DNA from: a virus
Taxonomy: Duplodnaviria; Caudoviricetes
Virus record (IMG/VR): IMGVR_UViG_3300043812_000016
Span: 79,483 to 143,482 of that record
DNA length: 64,000 nt
Strand: one strand, 5' to 3'
Part shown: piece after piece, positions 43,667-53,845 of the stretch
How the letters are laid out: the number at the start of each line of letters is the position of its first letter
Numbering within the stretch: the stretch's first letter is position 1
The notes under the pieces: model-generated
What the model was told of the DNA's origin: nothing
What the model saw: the letters and a program-made list of their open reading frames with translations, nothing else
Databases searched by the model: none
Translations under genes and position numbers: made by a program

Positions 43667-44024
43667 AGTACAAATTCTAAATGCAATTAAGGTTCATAAA
43701 CAACTACCAATGCCAATGACTAAGTTAGAACAGACTAGTGCTGAAACCTTGCTCAAGAAGCGTTTAACAATGGAAGAAGTATTAGATGTAATCGATCTTG
43801 TTAATTCACCACTTAGTCAACAATTATCTGCAATTAATCAACGGGCTAGTTTAACTGCAATTGCGTTAGATAAGTCAATGCAAAAGAATGGCTTAGATGA
43901 AAAGACAATTGATAAGATCTGGGCGGATGCTCATAAGGAATTGGATAAGGCTAACCGTAAAGCTAGTGAAAAGATGCAGGAATCATTCAAGCAACAAGTA
44001 GCAGACTTAAAGGAAGGTAAGTAA
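43644..44024 (+). CDS. Hypothetical protein
   Basis: GGAGG SD before ATG 43644. Confidence 0.65.
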   Translation: MVKSALSKVQILNAIKVHKQLPMPMTKLEQTSAETLLKKRLTMEEVLDVIDLVNSPLSQQLSAINQRASLTAIALDKSMQKNGLDEKTIDKIWADAHKELDKANRKASEKMQESFKQQVADLKEGK

Positions 44025-44713
44025 TGAGTGTAGCAGACCTTAAAAAGGCTTTAGGTGAAGTTGGCTTTACTCAATTAAAGAAAGCTGTTAATACTGGGAA
44101 CGTAACTGTATATACGGTAAAGACTTTAAATAAAGAGTTTGGCTTAGCTCCTTTAGCTGGAATTTCAGAGAGTGACGTAGCAGATAATCAAGCTGAATTA
44201 GTTAACGTTTTTGAAGAATCTTTTGTTAATATTCAAGATCAGAAGATTAGTGTTGTTATGTATGATAAGGAATTAAACCCAGCCCTATTTAAGAGTGTAG
44301 TTCGTTCTTATGTACTAAGTCTTGAGGGACTAGAAAGTGTAAGCAATAACTTAAAAGATGAAATTGATTATGACTCTTACATGGCTAAATTAGTAAAAGA
44401 GGACAAATTAGGTATTTTAGTTGTTAAAGACGAAGACGAGGATCATCTTTATATGTTTAAGAAAGAACCAGCTTTAATTAAATTAAAGGTTATTAAGCAA
44501 TTAAGAGACTTAGCAGAGTCCGAAGATATTGATACTAATAAGGATAAGCAAGACCAATTTATGAAGTTAAATAAACTAGCTAAAAAGTCCTATAAGGAAA
44601 ACAAGACTTACATTAGTCATCTTGACCCACTTATTACTCAACGGGCAATCTATGATCCAGACGTAAGAGAAAAAGTCAAGCTATTTAATAACTTAAAAAT
44701 GATGTATGATTAA
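44024..44713 (+). CDS. Hypothetical protein
   Basis: Coupled 229-aa ORF. Confidence 0.65.
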   Translation: MSVADLKKALGEVGFTQLKKAVNTGNVTVYTVKTLNKEFGLAPLAGISESDVADNQAELVNVFEESFVNIQDQKISVVMYDKELNPALFKSVVRSYVLSLEGLESVSNNLKDEIDYDSYMAKLVKEDKLGILVVKDEDEDHLYMFKKEPALIKLKVIKQLRDLAESEDIDTNKDKQDQFMKLNKLAKKSYKENKTYISHLDPLITQRAIYDPDVREKVKLFNNLKMMYD

Positions 44714-44790
44714 TATGATTAGGCTAACAATTATGTTAGTCTTTTTTATTAATAAACAAAACTATATTATAATAAACAAGGTGATAATAA

Positions 44791-45435
44791 ATGGACGGGT
44801 CGGGAAGGCAATCTAAAGGCAAGAATTTTGAAAGAAAGATAGCCAAGGAGTTTTCATTACACTATAAGACTAATGTAAGCCGTACTGCTTATTCTGGGGC
44901 AACAAGAGGAATTGAAACCCAGTACAACCATTCTGATCAAACAGGGAATATGGGTTTTGTTGGTGACTTATTCTTCCCGGCAGATCATCCAATGAGTATC
45001 TTTAATTATGAACTAAAGAATCATGACTCAGTTAAGTTTACTCAATTCTTTAATTCTAATGGTGAAATTCCTAGTTTTATGGAACAAGTAACCACAGATT
45101 CTAGCAGACTAGGTGGAGTTGGTCATACAGTACCATGTTTAATTATTCATATTAAGCGAGAAAATGACTATGCTCTATTTCCTTTCAAAGCAAGCGTATA
45201 TCAAGTTTTAGCTAAAGAACATGACAATGTATTGGCTACAATGATTAGCTATACACAAGAGCGTACAGAGACCATTAATCGGTATAATATGATTGTTACC
45301 ACTTTAGATAACTTTATGAGCCTAGACCCAGATTTTATGTATCAGCAGTATAAGAATTTTAACTGGGACAGCCTAAATACTCATGAGATAGAGCATAAAG
45401 AAGTGGACTTAAATAAATTAATTGACGAGGTTTAA
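44791..45435 (+). CDS. Holliday junction resolvase (Hjc-like PD-(D/E)XK)
   Basis: SKGKNFERKIAK...R...SGA...GDL...ELK. Confidence 0.85.
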   Translation: MDGSGRQSKGKNFERKIAKEFSLHYKTNVSRTAYSGATRGIETQYNHSDQTGNMGFVGDLFFPADHPMSIFNYELKNHDSVKFTQFFNSNGEIPSFMEQVTTDSSRLGGVGHTVPCLIIHIKRENDYALFPFKASVYQVLAKEHDNVLATMISYTQERTETINRYNMIVTTLDNFMSLDPDFMYQQYKNFNWDSLNTHEIEHKEVDLNKLIDEV

Positions 45436-45440
45436 TTAAA

Positions 45441-46052
45441 TTGCGTTTACAAAAACAATTAAATATTGATAATACTTTTCGGGTATTAAACCTAAACTTT
45501 TATGATAAGAAACGTGATTATGTAAAAGTTAATGCTAAAAACAAGGAGAAAGTCTTAGCTTGTCTAAATGACGATCAAGAACACTATTACGTAATTGATG
45601 GTACAAGTGATGACTTATTACTTAACCATAAAGTATATAAGAGTCAAGATCATATCATTTATATTACTAATGATTTAATTCCAATGAGCGTCTTTTTAGC
45701 TATTGGGTCTAATCGAAAAGTTATTTATATGTATCGACTTCACAACTTTAATCAAGCAGAATTAGATAATATGAACACTGCTTCTGAGGTTGGGACTACC
45801 GCTATTTATGTACCAAACATTACAGAAGATACAAGGATTACTCCTTTGCTGTTTGATATAGAAGATGCTAGATTCATTGCAGATCGGGTTTATCTTGAAT
45901 TTAACGATGACGCTACCCAAGACTTCAAAGAGGCTTATTTTGACACCCTGCATGAAATCTTAGCCCGCTGGACGATCCAGCTTTATCTTAGCTACTCTAG
46001 TGAATTAGAACACCAAAAACTAAGTAAGTATTTAATTAAGAAATATAAATAG
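45441..46052 (+). CDS. Conserved hypothetical protein
   Basis: Synteny, upstream of HU. Confidence 0.6.
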   Translation: MRLQKQLNIDNTFRVLNLNFYDKKRDYVKVNAKNKEKVLACLNDDQEHYYVIDGTSDDLLLNHKVYKSQDHIIYITNDLIPMSVFLAIGSNRKVIYMYRLHNFNQAELDNMNTASEVGTTAIYVPNITEDTRITPLLFDIEDARFIADRVYLEFNDDATQDFKEAYFDTLHEILARWTIQLYLSYSSELEHQKLSKYLIKKYK

Positions 46053-46097
46053 ACCTTATATCATTCGTTGTCTAATATGTTATAAGGACGAACTAAA

Positions 46098-46412
46098 ATG
46101 AAAAAAGACGTGGAAACACTTAATACAACAGATTTAGCTAGACTGATTAAATTTAGGGATCCTAGCTTAAAATTAAAAGATATACAAAAGGTACTAAATC
46201 TTCAATCAGAAGTAATTGCCTATGGTTTAGACACAGAACAACGAATTAAAATTGGTAAGTTGTTTATTATTGAACCTACTATTCGCCCTAGTCACAAACA
46301 CTACCGAGGAATGGGTAAGGGTTCAAAATATGTAACAGTACCAAAAAGACTTCGGTTTAAGTTTAAAGCCCTTAAGCAATTAAAAGAAATAGAAGATAGC
46401 CACCAATACTAG
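46098..46412 (+). CDS. HU/IHF-like DNA-binding protein
   Basis: HU fold pattern with arm ...VTVPKRLRFKFKA. Confidence 0.75.
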   Translation: MKKDVETLNTTDLARLIKFRDPSLKLKDIQKVLNLQSEVIAYGLDTEQRIKIGKLFIIEPTIRPSHKHYRGMGKGSKYVTVPKRLRFKFKALKQLKEIEDSHQY

Positions 46413-46544
46413 ACGGGTTAATTTAGCCTGTCTTTTTTTTATTTTTTCTATTGCAATCCTTACACTTTTAGTTCATAATAAGAGGTGCGCAAGATTAGAT
46501 ACGCAGAAATGCGTAAACCCTTGAGCAGAAAGGAAGACAGACAC

Positions 46545-46835
46545 ATGAATGAGTGCGCAGTAATGCAAGAATTCAAGGTTGCTCAATCTAAATTAGATAA
46601 AGTAATGGAATGGGTTAAAGCACAAACTGCCCCTATTCCATATGGTGAAAAGAACAACCCTAAGAAAGTTAAGGTAACGTTTCAAGGACAAGACTTCTAT
46701 TATCCTAGTATTCGAGAAACTGCTCGTTATATTAACGTTCCAGAATCTAGCATTCGTTATGCTTTAAGTAAACAGAATACTTATTATCGTAATGGTTGCT
46801 TAATTAGCTATGCGGATGAAGGAGAGGAAGTGTAA
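46545..46835 (+). CDS. Small NUMOD1-like HTH protein
   Basis: YPSIRETARYINVPESSIRYAL; promoter TTGCAA-17-CATAAT at 46451-46479. Confidence 0.6.
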   Translation: MNECAVMQEFKVAQSKLDKVMEWVKAQTAPIPYGEKNNPKKVKVTFQGQDFYYPSIRETARYINVPESSIRYALSKQNTYYRNGCLISYADEGEEV

Positions 46836-46837
46836 AT

Positions 46838-47329
46838 ATGACAGCGGATATTATCAAGGATGCCCTGCGTCCTCTACAATATGTAGACATGAATGGGGAA
46901 CTTAAAACTTTAGTACCAGAACAGATTCTTAATTTTGATACTAATAAATTAGTTGAAGAAATGCAAAACAACCCCAATATCTATTACTTAGTGGCTAGAC
47001 TTGCAGAGCGTAAACGATTAGAGGCTAAAGACTTAGATACACAATTAGATGCTCTAAAGGGAACTCTATATATCCAATACGTGCAAGACGAAAACTTAAA
47101 AAAGTTTAATGGTGGACGTAAACCACCCGAGTCTATGCTTGCTACGGCAATTCAATCTGATCCTAAATATGTTGAATTGAGTAAGCAACGAAATCTAGCT
47201 GATTATCAATTTAGATGTCTTAACTGGTTAACCAAGGCAATTGAAAATAAAGCTGATATGATGCAAAGCATTAGCGCTAACCAACGACAACAGCAAAAAA
47301 TGATCCCACAAGGAGGATTTAATGGCTAA
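46838..47329 (+). CDS. UvsY-like recombination mediator
   Basis: Helical protein with I.SDP.Y and KAIENKADM.QS; lies upstream of SSB/RecA. Confidence 0.55.
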   Translation: MTADIIKDALRPLQYVDMNGELKTLVPEQILNFDTNKLVEEMQNNPNIYYLVARLAERKRLEAKDLDTQLDALKGTLYIQYVQDENLKKFNGGRKPPESMLATAIQSDPKYVELSKQRNLADYQFRCLNWLTKAIENKADMMQSISANQRQQQKMIPQGGFNG

Positions 47330-47879
47330 TAATTTTGAAACTAAAGTAAAAGATATTTGTAATAATATTTATAGCTTAACCCTAGATTTAAAAGACTCTG
47401 AACAGTTAGTGCTTAATCGTCATGTAGGAAATGTTGATAATCTAGTTGCTAAGTTAATAAGTGAAGAAGGTAAAACCCTAGTGCGAGATCTTCAACAAGA
47501 TACTTTTAAAGAATATCAACAGGTTGAAATGATTAAAGATTATTGTTCCCGAGGCTTTATTTATGCCCTAGCTTACAAAGGAATTTTACCAGACAGAGAT
47601 AATTCCACTTTCGTAAATGCTTTAAGTGCTATTACTACTGCTACTAAAAAGTTGCTAATTAAGAAAAACCATGATTATGGTTCTAGCTATCAAAAGGTAG
47701 CAGATATTCTAGGTGCTATTCCAGCGTTTTCAGTGCGAATTTTAGACAAGTGTAATCGACTAGATAATCTAATTAATAGTAACAAAACAGTCAAAGTAAA
47801 AGATGAATCCCTCGCAGATACTATACAAGACTTGTTAGGCTACTATGTATTGTTTATAATTAGTCTTGAAAATAAATAA
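47322..47879 (+). CDS. DUF1599 / nucleotide-modification-associated domain protein
   Basis: KKNHDYGSSY...VRI.DK..RL...DES..DT..DL.GY. Confidence 0.75.
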   Translation: MANNFETKVKDICNNIYSLTLDLKDSEQLVLNRHVGNVDNLVAKLISEEGKTLVRDLQQDTFKEYQQVEMIKDYCSRGFIYALAYKGILPDRDNSTFVNALSAITTATKKLLIKKNHDYGSSYQKVADILGAIPAFSVRILDKCNRLDNLINSNKTVKVKDESLADTIQDLLGYYVLFIISLENK

Positions 47880-47918
47880 CAGGTAATATCTTGTATTAGA
47901 AACAGGGAGTGGATTTTA

Positions 47919-48629
47919 ATTATTTATATTAACGCACCGATCGGTATCGGTAAGACAAGTTTAGCTAAGATTTTATCTAAGGATTTAGGTACACCTGCAT
48001 TTTTAGAAGAACCAGAAAAGATTCCATTATTAAATAGTTTTTATGAAGACGGTAAGATTTCACGAGAGCTTAAATCATTCGTAGTTCAGATTGAATTTCT
48101 GGATTACCGATATGAGCAACTTATGGAAGGTGTTCATTTAGGGCTAGAAGGTATTACAAATACTGTCTATGACTCCTCACTTATTAGTGACGGGATTATG
48201 AGTCATAATCTTTATAATCGTGGTGAATTTCCAGAGATTCTTTATAAGGATTACTTACGCCTTAATAACATTATGCAACGTAACGTAGCTGGTCATCCTT
48301 TCATGGGTCCCGATTTAATTATTTATCTCGAAGCACCATTTGAACAAATGCTGAGTAATATTGCTAAACGTGGGCGGGAAATGGAAACTACAGACCCTAA
48401 GCTAACAGAGTATTATAAGTCTGTATGGAACATCTACCGAGACTGGTATAATTCTTATGGTAATACCCCAGTTCTTAAATTAGATTTAGATAATGTGGAT
48501 TTTGTTAATAATGTAGATGATAAAAATATGATCTTAGATAAGATTGAAAATGAGCTTGTTAACCTAGGGAAATTAAGTCTTAATGAGTTTAACCGACTGC
48601 ATGATAAACGAGTGAAAGGGGTAGCTTAA
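47919..48629 (+). CDS. Deoxynucleoside kinase with probable ATT start
   Basis: P-loop APIGIGKTS in frame upstream of 48123; EEP, Q..FL..R, PDLIIYL, I.KRGR.ME. Confidence 0.85.
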   Translation: MIYINAPIGIGKTSLAKILSKDLGTPAFLEEPEKIPLLNSFYEDGKISRELKSFVVQIEFLDYRYEQLMEGVHLGLEGITNTVYDSSLISDGIMSHNLYNRGEFPEILYKDYLRLNNIMQRNVAGHPFMGPDLIIYLEAPFEQMLSNIAKRGREMETTDPKLTEYYKSVWNIYRDWYNSYGNTPVLKLDLDNVDFVNNVDDKNMILDKIENELVNLGKLSLNEFNRLHDKRVKGVA

Positions 48630-48886
48630 TGGAAAAAGAACGCAGAATTGTCGTTGTTAGTAAAGACGACAATAAGGGCAATCTTTTAACTAATGTTTTG
48701 TTTGAAGATTATCCTAAACAGGGTAAAAATGCTAGTGATATGCTAAGTGACTTTACAGTAGGCTTTGTAAACACTATGCAACGTTATGGTCTTTCTAAAA
48801 AAGGACTACTAGAAACTATTGGTGCTATGTATGACACCTTAAATGAAGATGATACAGAAGAAAAGAACAACGGAGGAAACAACTAA
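48629..48886 (+). CDS. Hypothetical protein
   Basis: Coupled ORF. Confidence 0.6.
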   Translation: MEKERRIVVVSKDDNKGNLLTNVLFEDYPKQGKNASDMLSDFTVGFVNTMQRYGLSKKGLLETIGAMYDTLNEDDTEEKNNGGNN

Positions 48887-50235
48887 TGGCAATGAATTTC
48901 GCAGACGCAATTAATCAACTTAACTCAAACAGCAACGAAAACAACTTTCGTCCTACTACCCTTGGCAAAAAGCAAGCATTTTTTGGTCGTATCTTACCAT
49001 TAGAAAATGGAGGATTTCCTTTTGTTCAATTCCGTGAAGCATGGGTTAGTTTTACTAAGAAAGATGGCAGTGTTACAGCATTACCAGTTATTGTTGATCC
49101 TAACAACCCAAACGATCAATTAGCTAAGCTCCTTAATACGGTTATTCAATTTAATAAAGACAAGGGTGCTAAAGATGAAAAAGGTTATGCAGTAGATACT
49201 ATTAAATTAGCTTCTGGACGTTTCCCACTATCTATTCGTACTCGTACTTACTTCCTTGGTGTTCCTGTTACTAATCAAAACGGTACTTATGCTCAAGCAG
49301 TAGATAATCAAGGTCGTCCTGCTGTAGAAGCTTATCAAATTAGCTACTCTGGTATGTATGCTATTTCCTCATTACTTACTCCAGAAATGCCTTACATGAA
49401 TGCACGAACTGGTCAACCAATGTTTACTGATCAAGCACAATTCATGACTGCTAAAGAAACAATGCCTGTTAGCGCTAAGTTTGTTGACGCTCCTAATGGT
49501 GGTGTAGGTAGTTGGAATGCTAGTGTTAACCAAGCTATGATCTTACCTGCTATGAACTTTAACTACTTAGAACGTGATGCTCAAGGTAATATGAAGTATG
49601 TAGATGATATTGAAAAGGAAGCTAAGCCTTTAATCGAGTCTGATCCTAACTTCTACCAAATCGTCCTTAAGCAACTTACCCAATCCTACAACACACAAAT
49701 GGCTCAAGTAAGTTCTAACCCATATGCTACAGGTGCTAACTTTAACCCAACCCCACAAGTAGGTGCAAACGATTTACCATTCCCTAGTCAAAGTCAAACC
49801 TCTTCTGCTCCTACTAATAACCAAGCCCCTACGACTGGTCAACCAGCTCCACAAGCACCTATGAATAATCAACCCCAACCACAAAAAGTAGATGTTGTTG
49901 CTAACATGACTGGTCAACCTGCTTCTAACTTTACTCAACCTACAGCCCCAGCGCAACCAGCACCACAATCAACACAAGCTCCTGTAAGCTCTTCTACACC
50001 AGAACAAGGGGATTTCACTAATCCGTTCTCACAACCTACTACAGACACCTCAGAAGGCGATTTGAGTATGCCTTTCCCTAGCCCTGCTGATATGCAAGAA
50101 CCCGCACCAGCTAGTCAAGCTCCAGTACAACCAACTACCCCTGCTCAACAACCTCAAACTAATACAACACCAGATCCTTTAGCTAACTTAAATGCTAGTT
50201 CTGATGTTGACTCATTCTTAGCTAACTTAAAGTAA
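48886..50235 (+). CDS. Single-stranded DNA-binding protein with long P/Q/T linker and acidic tail
   Basis: RILP motif; C-terminal SDVDSFLANLK; precedes RecA. Confidence 0.7.
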   Translation: MAMNFADAINQLNSNSNENNFRPTTLGKKQAFFGRILPLENGGFPFVQFREAWVSFTKKDGSVTALPVIVDPNNPNDQLAKLLNTVIQFNKDKGAKDEKGYAVDTIKLASGRFPLSIRTRTYFLGVPVTNQNGTYAQAVDNQGRPAVEAYQISYSGMYAISSLLTPEMPYMNARTGQPMFTDQAQFMTAKETMPVSAKFVDAPNGGVGSWNASVNQAMILPAMNFNYLERDAQGNMKYVDDIEKEAKPLIESDPNFYQIVLKQLTQSYNTQMAQVSSNPYATGANFNPTPQVGANDLPFPSQSQTSSAPTNNQAPTTGQPAPQAPMNNQPQPQKVDVVANMTGQPASNFTQPTAPAQPAPQSTQAPVSSSTPEQGDFTNPFSQPTTDTSEGDLSMPFPSPADMQEPAPASQAPVQPTTPAQQPQTNTTPDPLANLNASSDVDSFLANLK

Positions 50236-50250
50236 TAAGGAGAGATTGCC

Positions 50251-51501
50251 TTGTCTAAAATTAATGATATTATTGGAGAACTTAATAAAGATCCTAAGCT
50301 CACTACCTTTAATCAAACAGACAGTGGTGAAATTATGGACTGGTACCCAACTTTAATCCCTGTCTTTGATTATAATATGGTAGGTGGTGTTCCGGCTTCC
50401 GGTAGAGTTTCTCAAGCTTTCGGGAAACCCTCGTCTGGTAAAAGTACCTTCTCTGGCAATGTTATGAAAAACGCAATTAAGATGGGAGCCATTGTAGTTT
50501 ACTTTGACTTAGAAGGTACACAAAATAATTCTCGTCTTGAAGCTCTTGGTGTCGATACTTCTAAAGTTCTTACATATACCACTACCCGTAAAAAAGATGG
50601 GACCATGCAAGAATTATCTATTGAAGAGATTGGTAAAACTATTATTGATACACTAGCAAAAGTTTATGAAGCTGACCCTAATCAACAAGTATTATTTATC
50701 TGGGATAGTGTGGCTATCTCTGATTCTGAAATGCAAACTAATACGGAATTAGGTAATCAAGTTGTAGGTCAACAAGCTAAGGCTCTTGCGACTGTAGGAC
50801 GTAAGCTACAGGTTAACCTTATTCATAACAATGGTACTTTACTGGCGATTAATCAAGCCCGTGATGATTTTAATGCTATGAATCCCCGTTATGCGTCTGT
50901 TAAAACTGTAGGAGGTAAAGGCTGGGAACACCTTTTATCTACTAATATTAGCCTTGCCCAATCTGGTAAGCTTAAAGCTAAATCTACAGATACAGAGCCA
51001 ATTGGTACTACTACTAGAGTTAAGGTTGTTAAGTCCAAAGTTGGTGATAACTGGGGTTCTGACTTTACCATGTGTATTATTGGTGAATCTGGTTATGACT
51101 TTGAATATAACTTAGTAAACTCTGCCCAAGAAAATGGCCTTATTACTACGGGACGTTCTCCTAAGTATGTTAACGATAATGGGGACGAAATTAAGGGTAG
51201 TAATGTATATAACTTAGTACAAAAGTTAAAGAAACCAGAAAATCAAGCCATTAGAGATGAAATCTGGCAACGTTTATTACTAATGTATTTCCCTAAGTGC
51301 TACCCACCTTTATTTAACACAAGCCTATTCATGCACGAACAAGACTTCCCAATGATTAAAGGTTTGCGTGCTTATTATGCGCAACAACAAGAAAGTCTAC
51401 CAGAGGAAAAGCAACACTATAACTACAAGCACTTTAAAGAAGAACTACAAGCAGGTAATATTCCAGATGATATTGCTAATGAAGTTAAGGACTTAATTTA
51501 A
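50251..51501 (+). CDS. recA: RecA/UvsX-like recombinase
   Basis: GKPSSGKST, DLEG, IWDSV, INQAR, GGKG, KSKV. Confidence 0.9.
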   Translation: MSKINDIIGELNKDPKLTTFNQTDSGEIMDWYPTLIPVFDYNMVGGVPASGRVSQAFGKPSSGKSTFSGNVMKNAIKMGAIVVYFDLEGTQNNSRLEALGVDTSKVLTYTTTRKKDGTMQELSIEEIGKTIIDTLAKVYEADPNQQVLFIWDSVAISDSEMQTNTELGNQVVGQQAKALATVGRKLQVNLIHNNGTLLAINQARDDFNAMNPRYASVKTVGGKGWEHLLSTNISLAQSGKLKAKSTDTEPIGTTTRVKVVKSKVGDNWGSDFTMCIIGESGYDFEYNLVNSAQENGLITTGRSPKYVNDNGDEIKGSNVYNLVQKLKKPENQAIRDEIWQRLLLMYFPKCYPPLFNTSLFMHEQDFPMIKGLRAYYAQQQESLPEEKQHYNYKHFKEELQAGNIPDDIANEVKDLI

Positions 51502-51550
51502 TAGAAAGGAAATAGTCACACTAAGCTGTGGCTATATTTGTATTAACACC

Positions 51551-52708
51551 ATGAGTAAAAGGCTAACTACGGCAGAATTTAAACAAAAAATATATAATTT
51601 AGTAGGTAACGATTATAGTCTTATTGGTGAATATATTAATCGAACTACTAAAGTGACATTAAAGCACAATAAGTGTGGATACGTATATCAAGTACTCCCG
51701 TCTAATTTTTATAATGGTACTCGTTGCCCAAAGTGTGCGCCAAAAAGGATTTCAAAGACTAAAACAAAAAGTGCTGACGAATATGCTAAAGAATTCTACC
51801 AAGAAGTAGGCAATGAGTATACCATTATTACTCCTTATAAAAATGCTCGCACTAAAATTAAGATTAAACATAATAAATGTGGATATGTATATTGGGTTAA
51901 TCCTCAATCATTCTTAGCGGGTAGTAGATGTTCAAAGTGTGCAAGAGCTGATAGAACCCATACAACCACTTGGTTTAAGGAAAAAGTAAAGGATCTTACT
52001 GGGGACGAATATAGTGTATTAGGAATCTATGTAAATTCTGGTACAAAAATTAAGATTAAACATAATAAATGTGGATATGTATATTGGGTGCGCCCTAGGG
52101 ACTTTATTAGAGGTAATAGATGTCCTATACAACATAAAGCATATAAAAAAACTACAGCAGACTTTCAAAAAGATTTAGACTTAAAATATGGGTCCGGGAT
52201 ATATCTAGTATTAGGGACTTATATTAATAGATTTACTAAGTTAGAAATTAAGCACTTAAAATGTGGTCATATATGGGAAACAACTCCTAATAATCTATTA
52301 AGTGGTTATGGATGTGATAGATGTGGAACGGCTAGTCGTACTAATTCAGAACCTATTGTAAGACACTTGTTGGATCAATTAAAGGTTAATTATAAATACC
52401 ATCAACATTTTTGGTGGCTTCGATATAAAGGCCCCCAACATTTAGACTTCTATTTCCCAGACAAAAAAATTGCCATAGAGATAGACGGTTTACAACACTC
52501 TAAAAACATCAACTATTTTAATAATAACCTTATAAAAAATAAATTAAGAGATAAAAATAAAGATATTCTTTGTAAGAAACATGGTGTACAATTAATACGT
52601 ATACCATATAAGGGAAGCCACTACACTGAAGATCTAAAGAGAGAAGTACTTAAGGTACTGAAACAATATAATTTGCTAAAGGACGGTGCTAATGACAAAT
52701 TTAAGTAA
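51551..52708 (+). CDS. Free-standing zinc-ribbon-repeat Vsr/DUF559-like endonuclease
   Basis: Four KHNKCG..RC repeats; HLDFYFP..IAIEIDGLQH...LIRIPY. Confidence 0.8.
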   Translation: MSKRLTTAEFKQKIYNLVGNDYSLIGEYINRTTKVTLKHNKCGYVYQVLPSNFYNGTRCPKCAPKRISKTKTKSADEYAKEFYQEVGNEYTIITPYKNARTKIKIKHNKCGYVYWVNPQSFLAGSRCSKCARADRTHTTTWFKEKVKDLTGDEYSVLGIYVNSGTKIKIKHNKCGYVYWVRPRDFIRGNRCPIQHKAYKKTTADFQKDLDLKYGSGIYLVLGTYINRFTKLEIKHLKCGHIWETTPNNLLSGYGCDRCGTASRTNSEPIVRHLLDQLKVNYKYHQHFWWLRYKGPQHLDFYFPDKKIAIEIDGLQHSKNINYFNNNLIKNKLRDKNKDILCKKHGVQLIRIPYKGSHYTEDLKREVLKVLKQYNLLKDGANDKFK

Positions 52709-52982
52709 TGGCTTGATTGATCAAGTTAGTGTTATTAAAGAAAAGTTACGTAAGCATATTGAAAACGGTGAACAAGCTTTGATTGTTGAACATAATATCT
52801 ATGTTCCAGACTCTGCAACTAAAGTTACCTTTACTAAACTTTATCCTCACTTTGTTTATGGTTATGTATTAAACAAAGCAACAGGTGAAAAAATGCCTTA
52901 TACAATTACTTACAATTCTTTAATTTGTCATGACTTTGATGATAGGTCTTGTTGGGAAGACGGATCATCATTATATGATTAA
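52692..52982 (+). CDS. Conserved hypothetical protein between recA and sigma
   Basis: LYPHFVYG motif; synteny. Confidence 0.6.
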   Translation: MTNLSNGLIDQVSVIKEKLRKHIENGEQALIVEHNIYVPDSATKVTFTKLYPHFVYGYVLNKATGEKMPYTITYNSLICHDFDDRSCWEDGSSLYD

Positions 52983-53086
52983 GCAAGAGGACAGTTACAA
53001 TTGTAGCTGTCTTTTTACTATACATAAATTTATTTATTCTTCCTTTACTTTAAAATAATTAGTAGAGAGGAGAATTTTTACGTTTA

Positions 53087-53845
53087 ATGGCAAGAAAAAA
53101 GATTAATAAAAAAGATCGGATTACTGGATATAATACTGATAACAAAAATGTATTTAATAGCTTAAACGGTGTTTATATTGGTAACAGCAACCATAACATT
53201 ACTTTTGTAAGGGACTACGAACAATTAATTAAACAATATTCTAACTTAATTCATAACATGGGACGTAGGTTCGGTAACATTAATATGACCTATGCAGAAA
53301 GACAAGATTTATATGCTTACATTACTGAGGTATTTATTGACCTTGTAAGAGAATTTGATATGAGCAACGGAATGGACTTTCCGGGCTATATAGCTAAAAT
53401 GCTTCCTACAAGAATTAGAGGAAGCTACTTAGATTCTATTCAAGACTATAAGTCCCATATTACGCCTCTAAAAGATGGTAATAAGAGTGTCGAAGAGATA
53501 GCAGATTTGCAATATGGAAAAGCCCCTGTTACCTTTAGTTATTCACGTAAGAGTAAGTACAATCGAGTTCAGCGTAAGGATGGTAAAGTACGAGGAATTG
53601 TTTCAGAGGCTATTGATACACCTAATACCAATGAAATGGATAACAGCTTAGCTGAAATTCATTCTGCTTTTAAACTCCAAGGATATAATGACCCTGAATT
53701 ACATTCATTAGTAGATTATATCGCTAAAGACGGATTAACTGCTAAAGAAGCTAAGGACAGAGTGAAAGAACAATACCACTTAAATAAGAGTGAATTAGAA
53801 AAAGAATATGGTACTTTAGTTAAATTAATGAAAGCTTATCTTTAA
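53087..53845 (+). CDS. Phage RNA polymerase sigma factor
   Basis: Region-2-like ERQDL..YI.E.F..LV.EFD...DFPGYI; synteny. Confidence 0.75.
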   Translation: MARKKINKKDRITGYNTDNKNVFNSLNGVYIGNSNHNITFVRDYEQLIKQYSNLIHNMGRRFGNINMTYAERQDLYAYITEVFIDLVREFDMSNGMDFPGYIAKMLPTRIRGSYLDSIQDYKSHITPLKDGNKSVEEIADLQYGKAPVTFSYSRKSKYNRVQRKDGKVRGIVSEAIDTPNTNEMDNSLAEIHSAFKLQGYNDPELHSLVDYIAKDGLTAKEAKDRVKEQYHLNKSELEKEYGTLVKLMKAYL

